A stretch of 64,000 nt of DNA from Octopus sinensis. Its lineage: Eukaryota. Position 1 is the first letter of the stretch, and each line of letters opens with the position of its first letter. The translations under genes and the position numbers were made by a program. The stretch is from contig NW_021824846.1 in assembly GCF_006345805.1 (NCBI RefSeq), positions 1 through 64,000 of the forward strand. The letters run 5' to 3'. Below the pieces are notes generated by a model. It made no database searches and was not told where the DNA came from. It worked only from the letters and a program-made list of their open reading frames with translations. Below are positions 39,501 through 53,000 of this stretch, one piece after another.

Positions 39501-42500
39501 CTAAAATCTCAAAAGTTTTCAGGTTAGTAAATGTCAAAATACAGCATATGTGTACTTGAAAAAGAACAAAAATTTAGTGATCTCTTAGCTGAATATAAGT
39601 TAACTGATTCATAAAAGCTTATATTTATCCAAGAGAACACTAAAATCTCAAAAGTTTTCAGGTTAGAAAATGTCAAAATATTGCATATGCGGACATGAAA
39701 AACAACAAAATTTTAATGATCTAATATATGTGTACTCGAAAAACAACAAAAAATTAGTGATCTATTAGCTAAATATAAGTTAACTGATTGATAAAAAGCT
39801 TATATTTATCCAAGAGAACACTAAACTCTCAAAAGTTTTCAGGTTAGAAAATGTCAAAATATTGCATTTGCGTACGTGAAAAACAACAAAAATATTAGTG
39901 ATCTATTAGCTAAATGTAAGTTAATTGATTGCTAAAAAGCTTATATTTATCCAAGAGAACACTAAAATCTCAAAGTTTTCAGGTTAGAAAATGTCAAAAT
40001 ATGTGTACTTGAAAACAATAGAAAATTCAGTGATCTCTTAGCTAAATATAATTTAACTGATTGATAAATGCTTATAGTTATCCAAGAGAACAGTAAAATC
40101 TCAAAAGTTTTCAGGTTAGAAAATGTGAAAATATTGCATATGCGTACTTGAAAAACAACAAAAAATTTAATGATCTAAATATACGTGTACTTGAAAACAC
40201 AAAAGATTTAGTGATCTATTAGCTAATGTAAGTTAACTGATTGCTAAAAAGCTTATATTTATCCAAGAGAACACTAAAATCTCAAAAGTTTTCAGGTTAG
40301 TAAATGTCAAAATACAGCATATGTGTACTTGAAAAAGGAAAAAAAAATTAGTGATCTAAATATACGTGTACTTGAAAACATCTATTAGCTAAATATAAGT
40401 TAACTGATTGATAAAAGCTTATAGTTATCCAAGAGAACAGTAAAATCTCAAAAGTTTTCAGGTTAGAAAATGTGAAAATATTGCATATGCGTACTTGAAA
40501 AACAACAAAAATTTAATGATCTAAATATACGTGTACTTGAAAAACAACAAAAGATTTAGTGATCTATTAGCTAAATATAAGTTAACTGATTGATAAAAAG
40601 CTTTCAGGTTACAAAAGTTTTCAGATTACAAAATCTCAAAATATGTGTACTTGAGAAACAACAGAAAATTTAGTGATCTCTTAGCTAAATATAATTTAAC
40701 TGATTGATAAAAAGCTTATATTTATCCAAGAGAACAGTAAAATCTCAAAAGTTTTCAGGTTAGAAAATGTGAAAATATTGCATATGCGTACTTGAAAAAC
40801 AACAAAAAATTTAATGATCTAAATATACGTGTACTTGAAAAACAACAAAAGATTTAATGATCTATTAGCTAAATATAAGTTAACTGATTGATAAAAAGCT
40901 TATATTTATCGAATAGAACACTAAAATCTCAAAAGTTTTCAGGTTAGAAAATGTCAAAATATTGCATATGTGTACTTGAAAAACAACGAATAATTTAGTG
41001 ATCACTTAGCTAAATATAAGTTAACTGATTGATAAAAAGCTTATATTTATCCAAGAGAACAGTAAAATCTCAAAAGTTTTCAGGTTAGAAAATGTCAAAA
41101 TTGTGTACTTGAAAAACAACAGAAAATTTAGTGATCTCTTAGCTAAATATAAGTTAACTGATTGACAAAAAGCTTATATTTATCCAAGAGATCACTAATA
41201 TCTTAAAAGTTTTCAGGTTAGTAAATGTCAAATACAGCATATGTGTACTTGAAAAAGAACAAAAATTTAATGATCTAAATATATGTGTACTTGAAAAACA
41301 ACGAATAATTTAGTGATCACTTAGCTAAATATAATTTACTGATTGATAAAAAGCTTATATTAATCCAAGAGAACACTAAAATCTCAAATTTTTCAGGTTA
41401 GAAAATGTTAAAATATGTGTACTTGAAAAACAATAGAAAATTCTGTGATCTCTTAGCTAAATATAATTTAACTGATTGATAAAAAGCTTATAGTTATCCA
41501 AGAGAACAGTAAAATCTGAAAAGTTTTCAGGTTAGAAAATGTGAAAATATTGCATATGCGTATTTGAAAAACAACAAAAAATTTAATGATCTAAAATACG
41601 TGTACTTGAAAAACAACAAAAGATTTAGTGATCTATTAGCTATTAAGTTAACTGATTGATAAAAAGCTTATGTTTATCCAAGAGAACACTAAAATCTCAA
41701 AAGTTTTCAGGTTAGAAAATGTCAAAATACAGCATATGCGTACTTGAAAACACAAAAAATTTAGTGATCACTTAGCTAAATATAAGTTAACTGATTGATA
41801 AAAAGCTTATATTTATCCAAGAGAACACTAAAATCTCATAAGTTTTCAGGTTAGAAAATATCAAAATATAGCATATGCATACTTGAAAAACAACAAAAAT
41901 TTGGTGATCTCTTAGCTGAAATATAAGTTAACTGATTGATAAAAAGCTTATATGTATCCAAGAGAACACTAAAATCTCAAAAGTTTTCAGGTTAAAAATG
42001 TCAAAATATGTGTACTTTAAAAACAACAGAAAATTTAGTGATCTCTTAGCTAAATATAAGTTAACTGATGGATAAAAAGCTTATATTTATCCAGAGAACA
42101 CTAAAATCTCAAAAGTTTTCAGGTTAGTAAATGTCAAAATACAGCATATGTGTACTTGAAAAAGGAAAAAAAAATTTAGTGATCTCTTAGCTGAATATAA
42201 GTTAACTGATTGATAAAAAGCTTATATGTATCCAAGAGAACACTAAAATCTCAAAAGTTTTCAGGTAGTAATGTCAAATATTGCATATGCGGACATGAAA
42301 AACAACAAAATTTAATGATCTAATTATATGTGTACTCGAAAAAACACAAAAAATTTAGTGATCTATTAGCTAAATATAATTTAACTGATTGATAAAAAGC
42401 TTATAGTTTATCCAAGAGAACAGTAAAATCTCAAAAGTTTTCAGGTTAGAAAATGTGAAAATATTGCATATGCGTACTTGAAAAACAACAAAAAATTAAT

Positions 42501-43777
42501 GATCTAAATATACGTGTACTTGAAAAACAACAAAAGATTTAGTGATCTATTAGCTAAATATGAGTTAACTGATTGATAAAAAGCTTTCAGGTTACAAAAG
42601 TTTTCAGGTTACAAAATGTCAAAATATGTGTACTTGAAACAACAGAAAATTTAGTGATCTCTTAGCTAAATATAATTTAACTGATTGATAAAAAGCTTAT
42701 ATTTATCCAAGAGAACACTTAAATCTCAAAAGTTTTCAGGTTAGAAAATGTCAAAATATTGCATATGCGTACTTGAAAACAACAAAAAATTTAGTGATCT
42801 CTTAGCTGAATGTAAGTTAACTGATTGATAAAAAGCTTATATAAATCCAAGAGAACACTAAAATCTCAAAAGTTTTCAGGTTAGAAAATGTCAAAATATT
42901 GAATTCGCGTACTTGAAAACAACAAAAAATTTAGTGATCTCTTAGCTAAATATAAGTTAACTGATTGACAAAAAGCTTATATTTATCCAAGAGATCACTA
43001 ATATCTTAAAAGTTTTCAGGTTAGTAAATGTCAAAATACAGCATATGTGTACTTGAAAAAGAACAAAAAATTTATGATCTAAATATATGTGTACTTGAAA
43101 AACAACGAATAATTTAGTGATCACTTAGCTAAATATAAGTTTACTGATTGATAAAAAGCTTATATTAATCCAAGAGAACACTAAAATCTCAAAAGTTTTC
43201 AGGTTAGAAATGTTAAAATATGTGTACTTGAAAAACAATAGAAAATTCAGTGATCTCTTAGCTAAATATAATTTAACTGATTGATAAAAGCTTATAGTTA
43301 TCCAAGAGAACAGTAAAATCTGAAAAGTTTTCAGGTTAGAAATGTGAAAATATTGCATATGCGTATTTGAAAACCAAAAAATTTAATGATCTAAAAATAC
43401 GTGTACTTGAAAACAACAAAAGATTTAGTGATCTATTAGCTAAATATAAGTTAACTGATTGATAAAAAGCTTATGTTTATCCAAGAGAACACTAAAATCT
43501 CAAAAGTTTTCAGGTTAGAAATGTCAAAATACAGCATATGCGTACTTGAAAAACAACAAAAAATTAGTGATCACTTAGCTAAATATAAGTTAACTGATTG
43601 ATAAAAAGCTTATATTTATCCAAGAGAACACTAAAATCTCATAAGTTTTCAGGTTAGAAAATATCAAAATATAGCATATGCATACTTGAAAAACAACAAA
43701 AATTTGGTGATCTCTTAGCTGAATATAGTTAACTGATTGATAAAAAGCTTATATGTATCCAAGAGAACACTAAAATC

Positions 43778-44050
43778 GGGCACGTTTGGGCGGCGGAGCA
43801 AAGGGCGAACGCGCTAGCCGCAGTTTGCCATCTTTCGGGTTTTTACGGGACGGACCGCGTCGCCGTATCGACGGCGTGCATCTCGTGAACGCCCTTCCGA
43901 CATCGGTGGCGGCTACGTCCACGCGTCCGTGGGCCGTACCGCGAGCGTGGGTTCGTTCTTTCGGTTTTCGGTACGGTAGCGCGGGCGGAGGAACGGGCGA
44001 CAGGCGCGGGCCTGCCGCCAACGGCCCCGCGGCTCGCGGACGAACGGGAG
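43778..44050. other. 273-bp GC-rich (~69%) foreign insert in the satellite, origin unidentified
   Basis: Abrupt composition change. It replaces ~28 bp of a monomer and has no target-site duplication. Confidence 0.9.
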
Positions 44051-47000
44051 AAATATGTGTACTTTAAAACAACAGAAAATTTAGTGATCTCTTAGCTAAA
44101 TATAAGTTAACTGATGGAAAGAAAGCTTATATTTATCCAAGAGAACACTAAAATCTCAAAAGTTTTCAGGTTAGTAAATGTCAAAATACAGCATATGTGT
44201 ACTTGAAAAAGGAAAAAAAATTTAGTGATCTCTTAGCTGAATATAAGTTAACTGATTGATAAAAAGCTTATATGTATCCAAGAGAACACTAAATCTCAAA
44301 AGTTTTCAGGTTAGTAAATGTCAAAATATTGCATATGCGGACATGAAAAACAACAAAATATTTAATGATCTAATATATGTGTACTCGAAAAACAACAAAA
44401 AATTTAGTGATCTATTAGCTAAATATAATTTAACTGATTGATAAAAGCTTATAGTTATCCAAGAACAGTAAATCTCAAAAGTTTTCAGGTTAGAAAAGTG
44501 AAAATATTGCATATGCGTACTTGAAAAACAACAAAAATTTAATGATCTAAATATACGTGTACTTGAAAAACAACAAAAGATTTAGTGATCTATTAGCTAA
44601 ATATAAGTTAACTGATTGATAAAAAGCTTTCAGGTTACAAAAGTTTTCAGGTTACAAAATGTCAAAATATGTGTACTTGAGAAACAACAAAAAATTTAGT
44701 GATCTCTTAGCTAAATATAATTTAACTGATTGATAAAAAGCTTATATTTATCCAAGAGAACACTTAAATCTCAAAAGTTTTCAGGTTAGAAAATGTCAAA
44801 ATATTGCATATGCGTACTTGAAAAACAACAAAAAATTTAGTGATCTCTTAGCTGAATGTAAGTTAACTGATTGATAAAAAGCTTATATAAATCCAAGAGA
44901 ACACTAAAATCTCAAAAGTTTTCAGGTTAGAAAATGTCAAAATATTGAATTCGCGTACTTGAAAAACAACAAAAAATTTAGTGATCTATTAGCTAAATGT
45001 AAGTTAACTGATTGCTAAAAAGCTTATATTTATCCAAGAGAACACTAAAATCTCAAAAGTTTTCAGGTTAGAAAATGTCAAAATATTGCATTTGCGTACT
45101 TGAAAAACAACAAAAAATTTAGTGATCTCTTAGCTAAATATAATTTAACTGATTGATAAAAAGCTTATATTTATCCTAGAGAACACTAAACTCTCAATAG
45201 TTTTCAGGTTAGAAAATGTCAAAATATTGCATATGCGTATTTGAAAAACAACAAAAAATTTAGTGATCTCTTAGCTAAAGATAAGTTAACGGATGGATAA
45301 AAAGCTTATAGTTATCCAAGAGAACAGCAAAATCTCAAAAGTTTTCAGGTTAGAAAATGTGAAAATATTGCATATGCGTACTAAATATAAGTTAACTAAT
45401 TGCTAAGAAGCTTATATTTATCCAAGAGAACACTAAAATCTCAAAGTTTTCAGGTTAGAAAATGTTAAAATATTGCATATGTGTACTTGAAAACAACGAA
45501 TAATTTAGTGATCACTTAGCTAAATATAAGTTACTGATTGATAAAAGCTTATATTTATCCAAGAGAACACTAAAATCTCAAAAGTTTTCAGGTTAGAAAA
45601 TGTCAAAATATAGCATATGTACTTGAAAAACAACAAAAAATTTAGTGATCACTTAGCTAAATATAAGTTAACTGATTGATAAAAAGCTCATATTTATCCA
45701 AGAGAACACTAAAATCTCAAAAGTTTTCAGGTTAGAAATATCAAATATAGCATATGCGTACTTGAAAAACAACAAAAAATTTAGTGATCTCTTAGCTGAA
45801 TATAAGTTAACTGATTGATAAAAAGCTTATATATCCAAGAGACACAAAATCTCAAAAGTTTTCAGGTTAGAAAATGTCAAATATGTGTACTTGAAAAACA
45901 ATAGAATTCAGTGATCTCTTAGCTAAATATAAGTTAACTGATTGATAAAAGCTTATATTTATCCAAGAGAACACTAAACTCTCAAAAGTTTTCAGGTTAG
46001 AAAATGTCAAATATTGCATTTGCGTACTTGAAAAACCAAAATTTTAGTGATCTATTAGCTAAATGTAAGTTAACTGATTACTAAAAAGCTTATATTTATC
46101 CAAGAGAACACTAAAATCTCAAAAGTTTTCAGGTTAGAAAATGTCAAAATATGTGTACTTGAAAACAATAGAAAATTCAGTGATCTCTTAGCTAAATATA
46201 ATTTAACTGATTGATAAAAGCTTATAGTTATCCAAGAGAAAGTAAAATCTCAAAAGTTTTCAGGTTAGAAAATGTGAAAATATTGCATATGCGTACTTGA
46301 AAAACAACAAAAACTTTAATGATCTAAATATACGTGTACTTGAAAAACAACAAAGATCTAATGATCTATTAGCTAATATAAGTTAACTGATTGATAAAAA
46401 GCTTATATTTATCGAATAGAACACTAAAATCTCAAAAGTTTTCAGGTTAGAAAATGTCAAAATATGCATATGTGTACTTGAAAAACAACGAATAATTTAG
46501 TGATCACTTAGCTAAATATAAGTTAACTGATTGATAAAAAGCTTATATTTATCCAAGAGAACAGTAAAATCTCAAAAGTTTTCAGGTTAGAAAATGTCAA
46601 AATATGTGTACTTGAAAAACAACAGAAAATTTAGTGATCTCTTAGCTAAATATAAGTTAAACTGATTGACAAAAGCTTATATTTATCCAAGAGATCACTA
46701 ATATCTCAAAAGTTTTCAGGTTAGAAAATGTCAAAATATTGCATATGCTACTTGAAAAACAAAAAATTTAGTCATCTCTTAGCTAAATATAATTTAACTG
46801 ATTGATAAAAAGCTTATATTTATCCAAGAGAACACTAAAATCTCAAAAGTTTTCAGGTTAGTAAATGTTAAAATACAGCATATGTGTACTTGAAAAAGAA
46901 CAAAAAATTTAATGATCTAAATATATGTGTACTTGAAAAACAACGAATAATTTAGTGATCACTTAGCTAAATATAAGTTACTGATTGATAAAAAGCTTAT

Positions 47001-50000
47001 ATTTATCCAAGAGAACACTAAAATCTCAAAAGTTTTCAGGTTAGAAAATGTTAAAATATGTATACTTGAAAAACAATAGAAAATTTAGTGATCTCTTAGC
47101 TAAATATAATTAACTGATTGATAAAAAGCTTATAGTTATCCAAGAGAACAGTAAAATCTCAAAAGTTTTCAGGTTAGAAATGTGAAAATATTGCATATGC
47201 GTATTTGAAAAAACAACAAAAAATTAATGATCTAAATATACGTGTACTTGAAAAACAACAAAAGATTTAGTGATCTATTAGCTAAATATAAGTCCTGATT
47301 GATAAAAAGCTTATATTTATCCAAGAGAACACTAAATCTCAAAGGTTTTCAGGTTAGAAAATATCAAAAATATAGCATATGCATACTGAAAAACAACAAA
47401 ATTTAGTGATCTCTTAGCTGAATATAAGTTAACTGATTGATAAAAAGCTTATATGTTCCAAGAGAACACTAAAATCTCAAAAGTTTTCAGGTTAGAAAAT
47501 GTCAAAATACAGCATTGCGTACTTGAAAAACAACAAAAATTTAGTGATCACTTAGCTAAATATAAGTTAACTGATTGATAAAAAGCTTATATTTATCCAA
47601 GAGAACACTAAAATCTCAAGGTTTTCAGGTTAGAAAATATCAAAATATAGCATATGCATACTTGAAAAACAACAAAAATTTGGTGATCTCTTAGCTTATA
47701 AGTTAACTGATTGATAAAAAGCTTATATGTATCCAAGAGAACACTAAAATCTCAAAGTTTTCATGTTAGAAAATGTCAAAATATTGCATTTGCGTACTTG
47801 AAAAACAACAAAAATTTTAGTGATCTCTTAGCTAAATATAAGTTAACTAATTGCTAAAAAGCTTATATTATCCAAGAGAACACTAAAATCTCAAAAGTTT
47901 TCAGGTTAGAAAATGTTAAAATATTGCATATGTGTACTTGAAAAACAACGAATAATTTTAGTGATCACTTAGCTAAATATAAGTTAACTGATTGATAAAA
48001 GCTTATATTTATCCAAGAGAACACTAAAATCTCAAAAGTTTTCAGGTTAGAAAATGTCAAAATATAGCATATGCGTACTTGAAAAACAACAAAAAATTTA
48101 GTGATCACTTAGCTAAATATAAGTTAACTGATTGATAAAAAGCTTATATTTATCCAAGAGAACACTAAAATCTCAAAAGTTTCAGGTTAGAAAATCAAAA
48201 TATAGCATATGCGTACTTGAAAAACACAAAAAATTTTAGTGATCTCTTAGCTGAATATAAGTTAACTGATTGATAAAAGCTTATATATATCCAAGAGAAC
48301 ACTAAAATCTCAAAAGTTTTCAGTTAGAAAATGTCAAATATGTGTACTTGAAAAACAATAGAAAATTCAGTGATCTCTTAGCTAAATATAAGTTAACTGA
48401 TTGATAAAAGCTTATATTTATCCAAGAGAACACTAAACTCTCAAAGTTTTCAGGTTAGAAAATGTCAAAATATTGCATGTGTACTTGAAAAACAACGAAT
48501 AATTTAGTGATCACTTAGCTAAATATAAGTTAACTGATTGATAAAAAGCTTATATTTCCCAAGAGAACACTAAATGTCAAAAGTTTTCAGGTTAGAATAT
48601 GTCAAATATTGCATATGCGTACTTAAAAAACAACAAGAAATTTAGTGATCTCTTAGCTAAATATAAGTTTATTGATTTTAAAAAAGCTTACTAAATACTA
48701 AAATACTAAAATCTCAAAATTTTCAGGTTAGAAAATGTCAAAATATTGCATATGCGGACATGAAAAACAACAAAATATTTAATGATCTAAATATATGTGT
48801 ACTCGAAAAACAACAAAAAATTTAGTGATCTATTAGCTAAATATAAGTTAACTGATTGATAAAAAGCTTATATTTATCCAAGAGAACACTAAAATCTCAA
48901 AAGTTTTCAGGTTAGTAAATGTCAAAAGTTTTCAGGTTAGAAAATGTCAAAATATGTGTACTTGAAAAACAACAGAAAATTTAGTGATCTCTTAGCTAAA
49001 TATAAGTTTACTGATTGATAAAAAGCTTATATTTATCCAAGAGAACACTAAAATCTCAAAGTTTTCAGGTTAGTAAATGTCAAAAACAGTATACATGTTA
49101 CTTGAAAAAGAATAAAAATTTAGTGATCTCTTAGCTAAATATACGTTTATTGATTGATAAAAAGCTTATATTTATACGATAAAAAGCTTATATTTATATG
49201 TGTACTTGAAAAACAAAATATTTATGATCTAAATATATGTGTACTCGAAAACAACAAAAAATGAGTGATCTCTTCGCTAAATATAAGTTTATTAATTGAT
49301 AAAAAGCTTATATTTATCCAAGAGGACACTAAATCTCAAAATTTTCAGGTTGGAAAATGTCAAATATGTGTACTTGAAAAACAACAGAAATTTAGTGATC
49401 TCTTAGCTATATAAGTTAACTGATTGATAAAAAGCTTATATTTATCCAAGAGAAAAACTAAAATCTCAAAAGTTTTCAGGTTAGAAAATGTCAAAATATG
49501 CATATGCGTACTTGAAAAACAACAAAAATTTAGTGATCCCTTAGAAAAATATAAGTTAACTGATTGATAAAAAGCTTATATTTATCCAAGAGAACACTAA
49601 ACTCTCAAAAGTTTTCAGGTTAGAAAATGTCAAAATATTGCATATGCGTTCTTGAAAACAACAAAAATTTAGTGATCTCTGAGCTAAATATATATTAACT
49701 GATTGATAAAAGCTTATATATATTCAAGAGAACACTAAAATCTCAAAAGTTTTCAGGTTACAAAATGTCAAATATGTGTACTTTAGAAACAACAGAAAAT
49801 TTAGTGATCTCTTAGCTAATATATTTAACTGATTGATAAAAAGCTTATATTTATGCAAGAGAACACTTAAATCTCAAAAGTTTTCAGGTTAGAAAATGTC
49901 AAAATATTGCATATGCGTACTTGAAAAACAACAAAATTTAGTGATCTCTTAGCTAAATATAAGTTTATTGATTTTTAAAAAGCTTATATTATCCAAGAGA

Positions 50001-53000
50001 ACACTAAAATCTCAAAAGTTTTCAGGTTAGAAAATGTCAAAATATGTGTCCTTGAAAACAACAGAAAATTTAGTGATCTCTTAGCTAGATATAAGTTAAC
50101 TGATGGATAAAATGCTTATATTTATCCAAGAGAACACTAAAATCTCAAAAGTTTTCAGGTTAGAAAATGTGAAAATATGTGTACTTGAAAAACAACACAA
50201 AATTAGTGATCTCTTAGCTAAATATAAGTTAACTGATTGATAAAAAGCTTATATTTATCCAAGAGATCACTAATATCTCAAAAGTTTTCAGAATACAAAA
50301 TGTCAAATATTGTATATGTGCAATTGAAAAACAACAAAAATTTGTGAGCTCCTAGCAAAATATAAGTTAACTGATTGATAAAAAGCTTATATCCAAGAGA
50401 ACACTAAAATCTCAAAGGTTTTCAGGTTAGAAATGTCAAATATTGCATATGCGTACCTGAAAACAACAAAAAATTTAGTGATCGCTTAGCTAAATATAAG
50501 TTAACTGATTGATAAGAAGCTTATATATATTCAAGAGAACACTAAAATCTTGAAAGTTTTCAGGTTACAAAATGTCAAAATATGTGTACTTGAGAAACAA
50601 CAGAAATTTAGTGATCTATTAGCTAAATATAAGTTAACTGATTGATAAAAAGCTTATATTTATCCAAGAGAACACTAAAATCTCAAAAGTTTTCAGGTTA
50701 GTAAAGGTCAAAATACAGCATATGTGTACTTGAAAAAGAACAAAAAATTTAGTGATCTCTTAGCTGAATATAAGTTAACTGATGGATAAAAAGCTTATCC
50801 AAGAGAACACTAAAATCTCAAAAGTTTTCAGGTTAGAAAATGTCAAATACAGCATATGTGTACTTGAAAAAGACAAAAAATTTAGTGATCTCTTAGCTGA
50901 ATATAAGTTAACTGATTGATAAACTTATATTTATCCAAGAGAACACTAAAATCTCAAAAGTTTTCAGGTTAGAAAATGTCAAATATTGCATATGCGGACA
51001 TGAAAAACAACAAATATTTAATGATAAATATATGTGTACTCGAAAAACAAAAAATTTAGTGATCTATTAGCTAAATATAATTTAACTGATTGATAAAAAG
51101 CTTATAGTTATCCAAGAGAACAGTAAAATCTCAAAAGTTTTCAGGTTAGAAAATGTGAAAATATTGCATATGTGTACTTGAAAAACACAAAAAAATTTAA
51201 TGATCTAAATATACGTGTACTTGAAAAACAACAAAAGATTTAGTGATCTATTAGCTAAATGTAAGTTAACTGATTGCTAAAAAGCTTATATTTATCCAAG
51301 AGAACACTAAAATCTCAAATTTTCAGGTTAGTAAATGTCAAAATACAGCATATGTGTACTTGAAAAAGGAAAAAAAAATTTAGTGATCTAAATATACGTG
51401 TACTTGAAAAACAACAAAAGATTTAGTGATATATTAGCTAAATATAAGTTAACTGATTGATAAAAAGCTTATAGTTATCCAAGAGAACACTAAAATCTCA
51501 AAAGTTTTCAGGTTAGAAAATGTGAAAATATTGCATATGCGTACTTGAAAAACAACAAAAAATTTAATGATCTAAATATACGTGTACTTGAAAAACAACA
51601 AAAGATTTAGTGATCTATTAGCTAAATATAAGTTAACTGATTGATAAAAAGCTTATATTTATCCAAGAGAACACTTAAATCTCAAAAGTTTTCAGATTTA
51701 AATGTCAAAATATTGCATATGCGTACTTGAAAAACAACAAAAAATTTAGTGATCTCTTAGCTAAATATAATTTAACTGATTGATAAAAAGCTTATATTTA
51801 TCCTAGAGAACACTAAACTCTCAATAGTTTTCAGGTTAGAAATTGTCAAAATATTGCATTTGCGTACTTGAAAAACAACAAAATTTTAGTGATGTCTTAG
51901 CTAAATATAATTTAACTGATTGATAAAAGCTTATATTTATCCAAGAGAACACTAAAATCTCAAAAGTTTTCAGGTTAGAATATGTCAAAATATTGCATAT
52001 GCGTACTTAAAACAACAAAAAATTTAGTGATCTCTTAGCTAAATATATTTAACTGATTGATAAAAAGCTTATATTTATCCTAGAGAACACTAAACTCTCA
52101 ATAGTTTTCAGGTTAGAAATTGTCAAAATATTGCATTTGCGTACTTGAAAAACAACAAAAATTTTAGTGATCTCTTAGCTAAATATAATTTAACTGATTG
52201 ATAAAAAGCTTATATTTATCCAAGAGAACACTAAAATCTCAAAAGTTTTCAGGTTAGAATATGTCAAAATATTGCATATGCGTACTTAAAAAACAACAAA
52301 AAATTTAGTGATCTCTTAGCTAAATATAAGTTTATTGATTTTTAAAAAGCTTATATTTATCCAAGAGAATACTAAAATCTCAAAAGTTTTCAGGTTAGAA
52401 AATGTCAAAATATGTGTACTTTAAAAACAACAGAAAATTTAGTGATCTCTTAGCTAAATATAAGTTAACTGATGGCTAAAAAGCTTATATTTATCCAAGA
52501 GAACACTAAAATCTCAAAAGTTTTCAGGTTAGTAATGTCAAAATACAGCATATGTGTACTTGAAAAAGAACAAAAATTTAGTGATCTCTTAGCTGAATAT
52601 AAGTTAACTGATTCATAAAAAGCTTATATTTATCCAAGAGAACACTAAAATCTCAAAAGTTTTCAGGTTAGAAAATGTCAAAATATTGCATATGCGGACA
52701 TGAAAACAACAAAATATTTAATGATCTAAATATATGTGTACTCGAAAAACAACAAAAATTTAGTGATCTATTAGCTAAATATAAGTTAACTGATTGATAA
52801 AAAGCTTTATTTATCCAAGAGAACACTAAACTCTCAAAAGTTTTCAGGTTAGAAAATGTCAAAATATTGCATTTGCGTACGTGAAAAACAACAAAAATAT
52901 TAGTGATCTATTAGCTAAATGTAAGTTAATTGATTGCTAAAAAGCTTATATTTATCCAAGAGAACACTAAAATCTCAAAAGTTTTCAGGTTAGAAAATGT

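Noticed and set aside
43778-44050. Annotating the insert as rRNA
   Set aside because: No conserved 18S, 5.8S or 28S core motif was recognised; an rDNA origin remains an untested hypothesis.
43770-44067. ORFs across the GC-rich inserts (also 56781-57216)
   Set aside because: Open frames are expected in 69% GC DNA, they start or end in satellite sequence, and 1-bp indels between the two copies change the frame.
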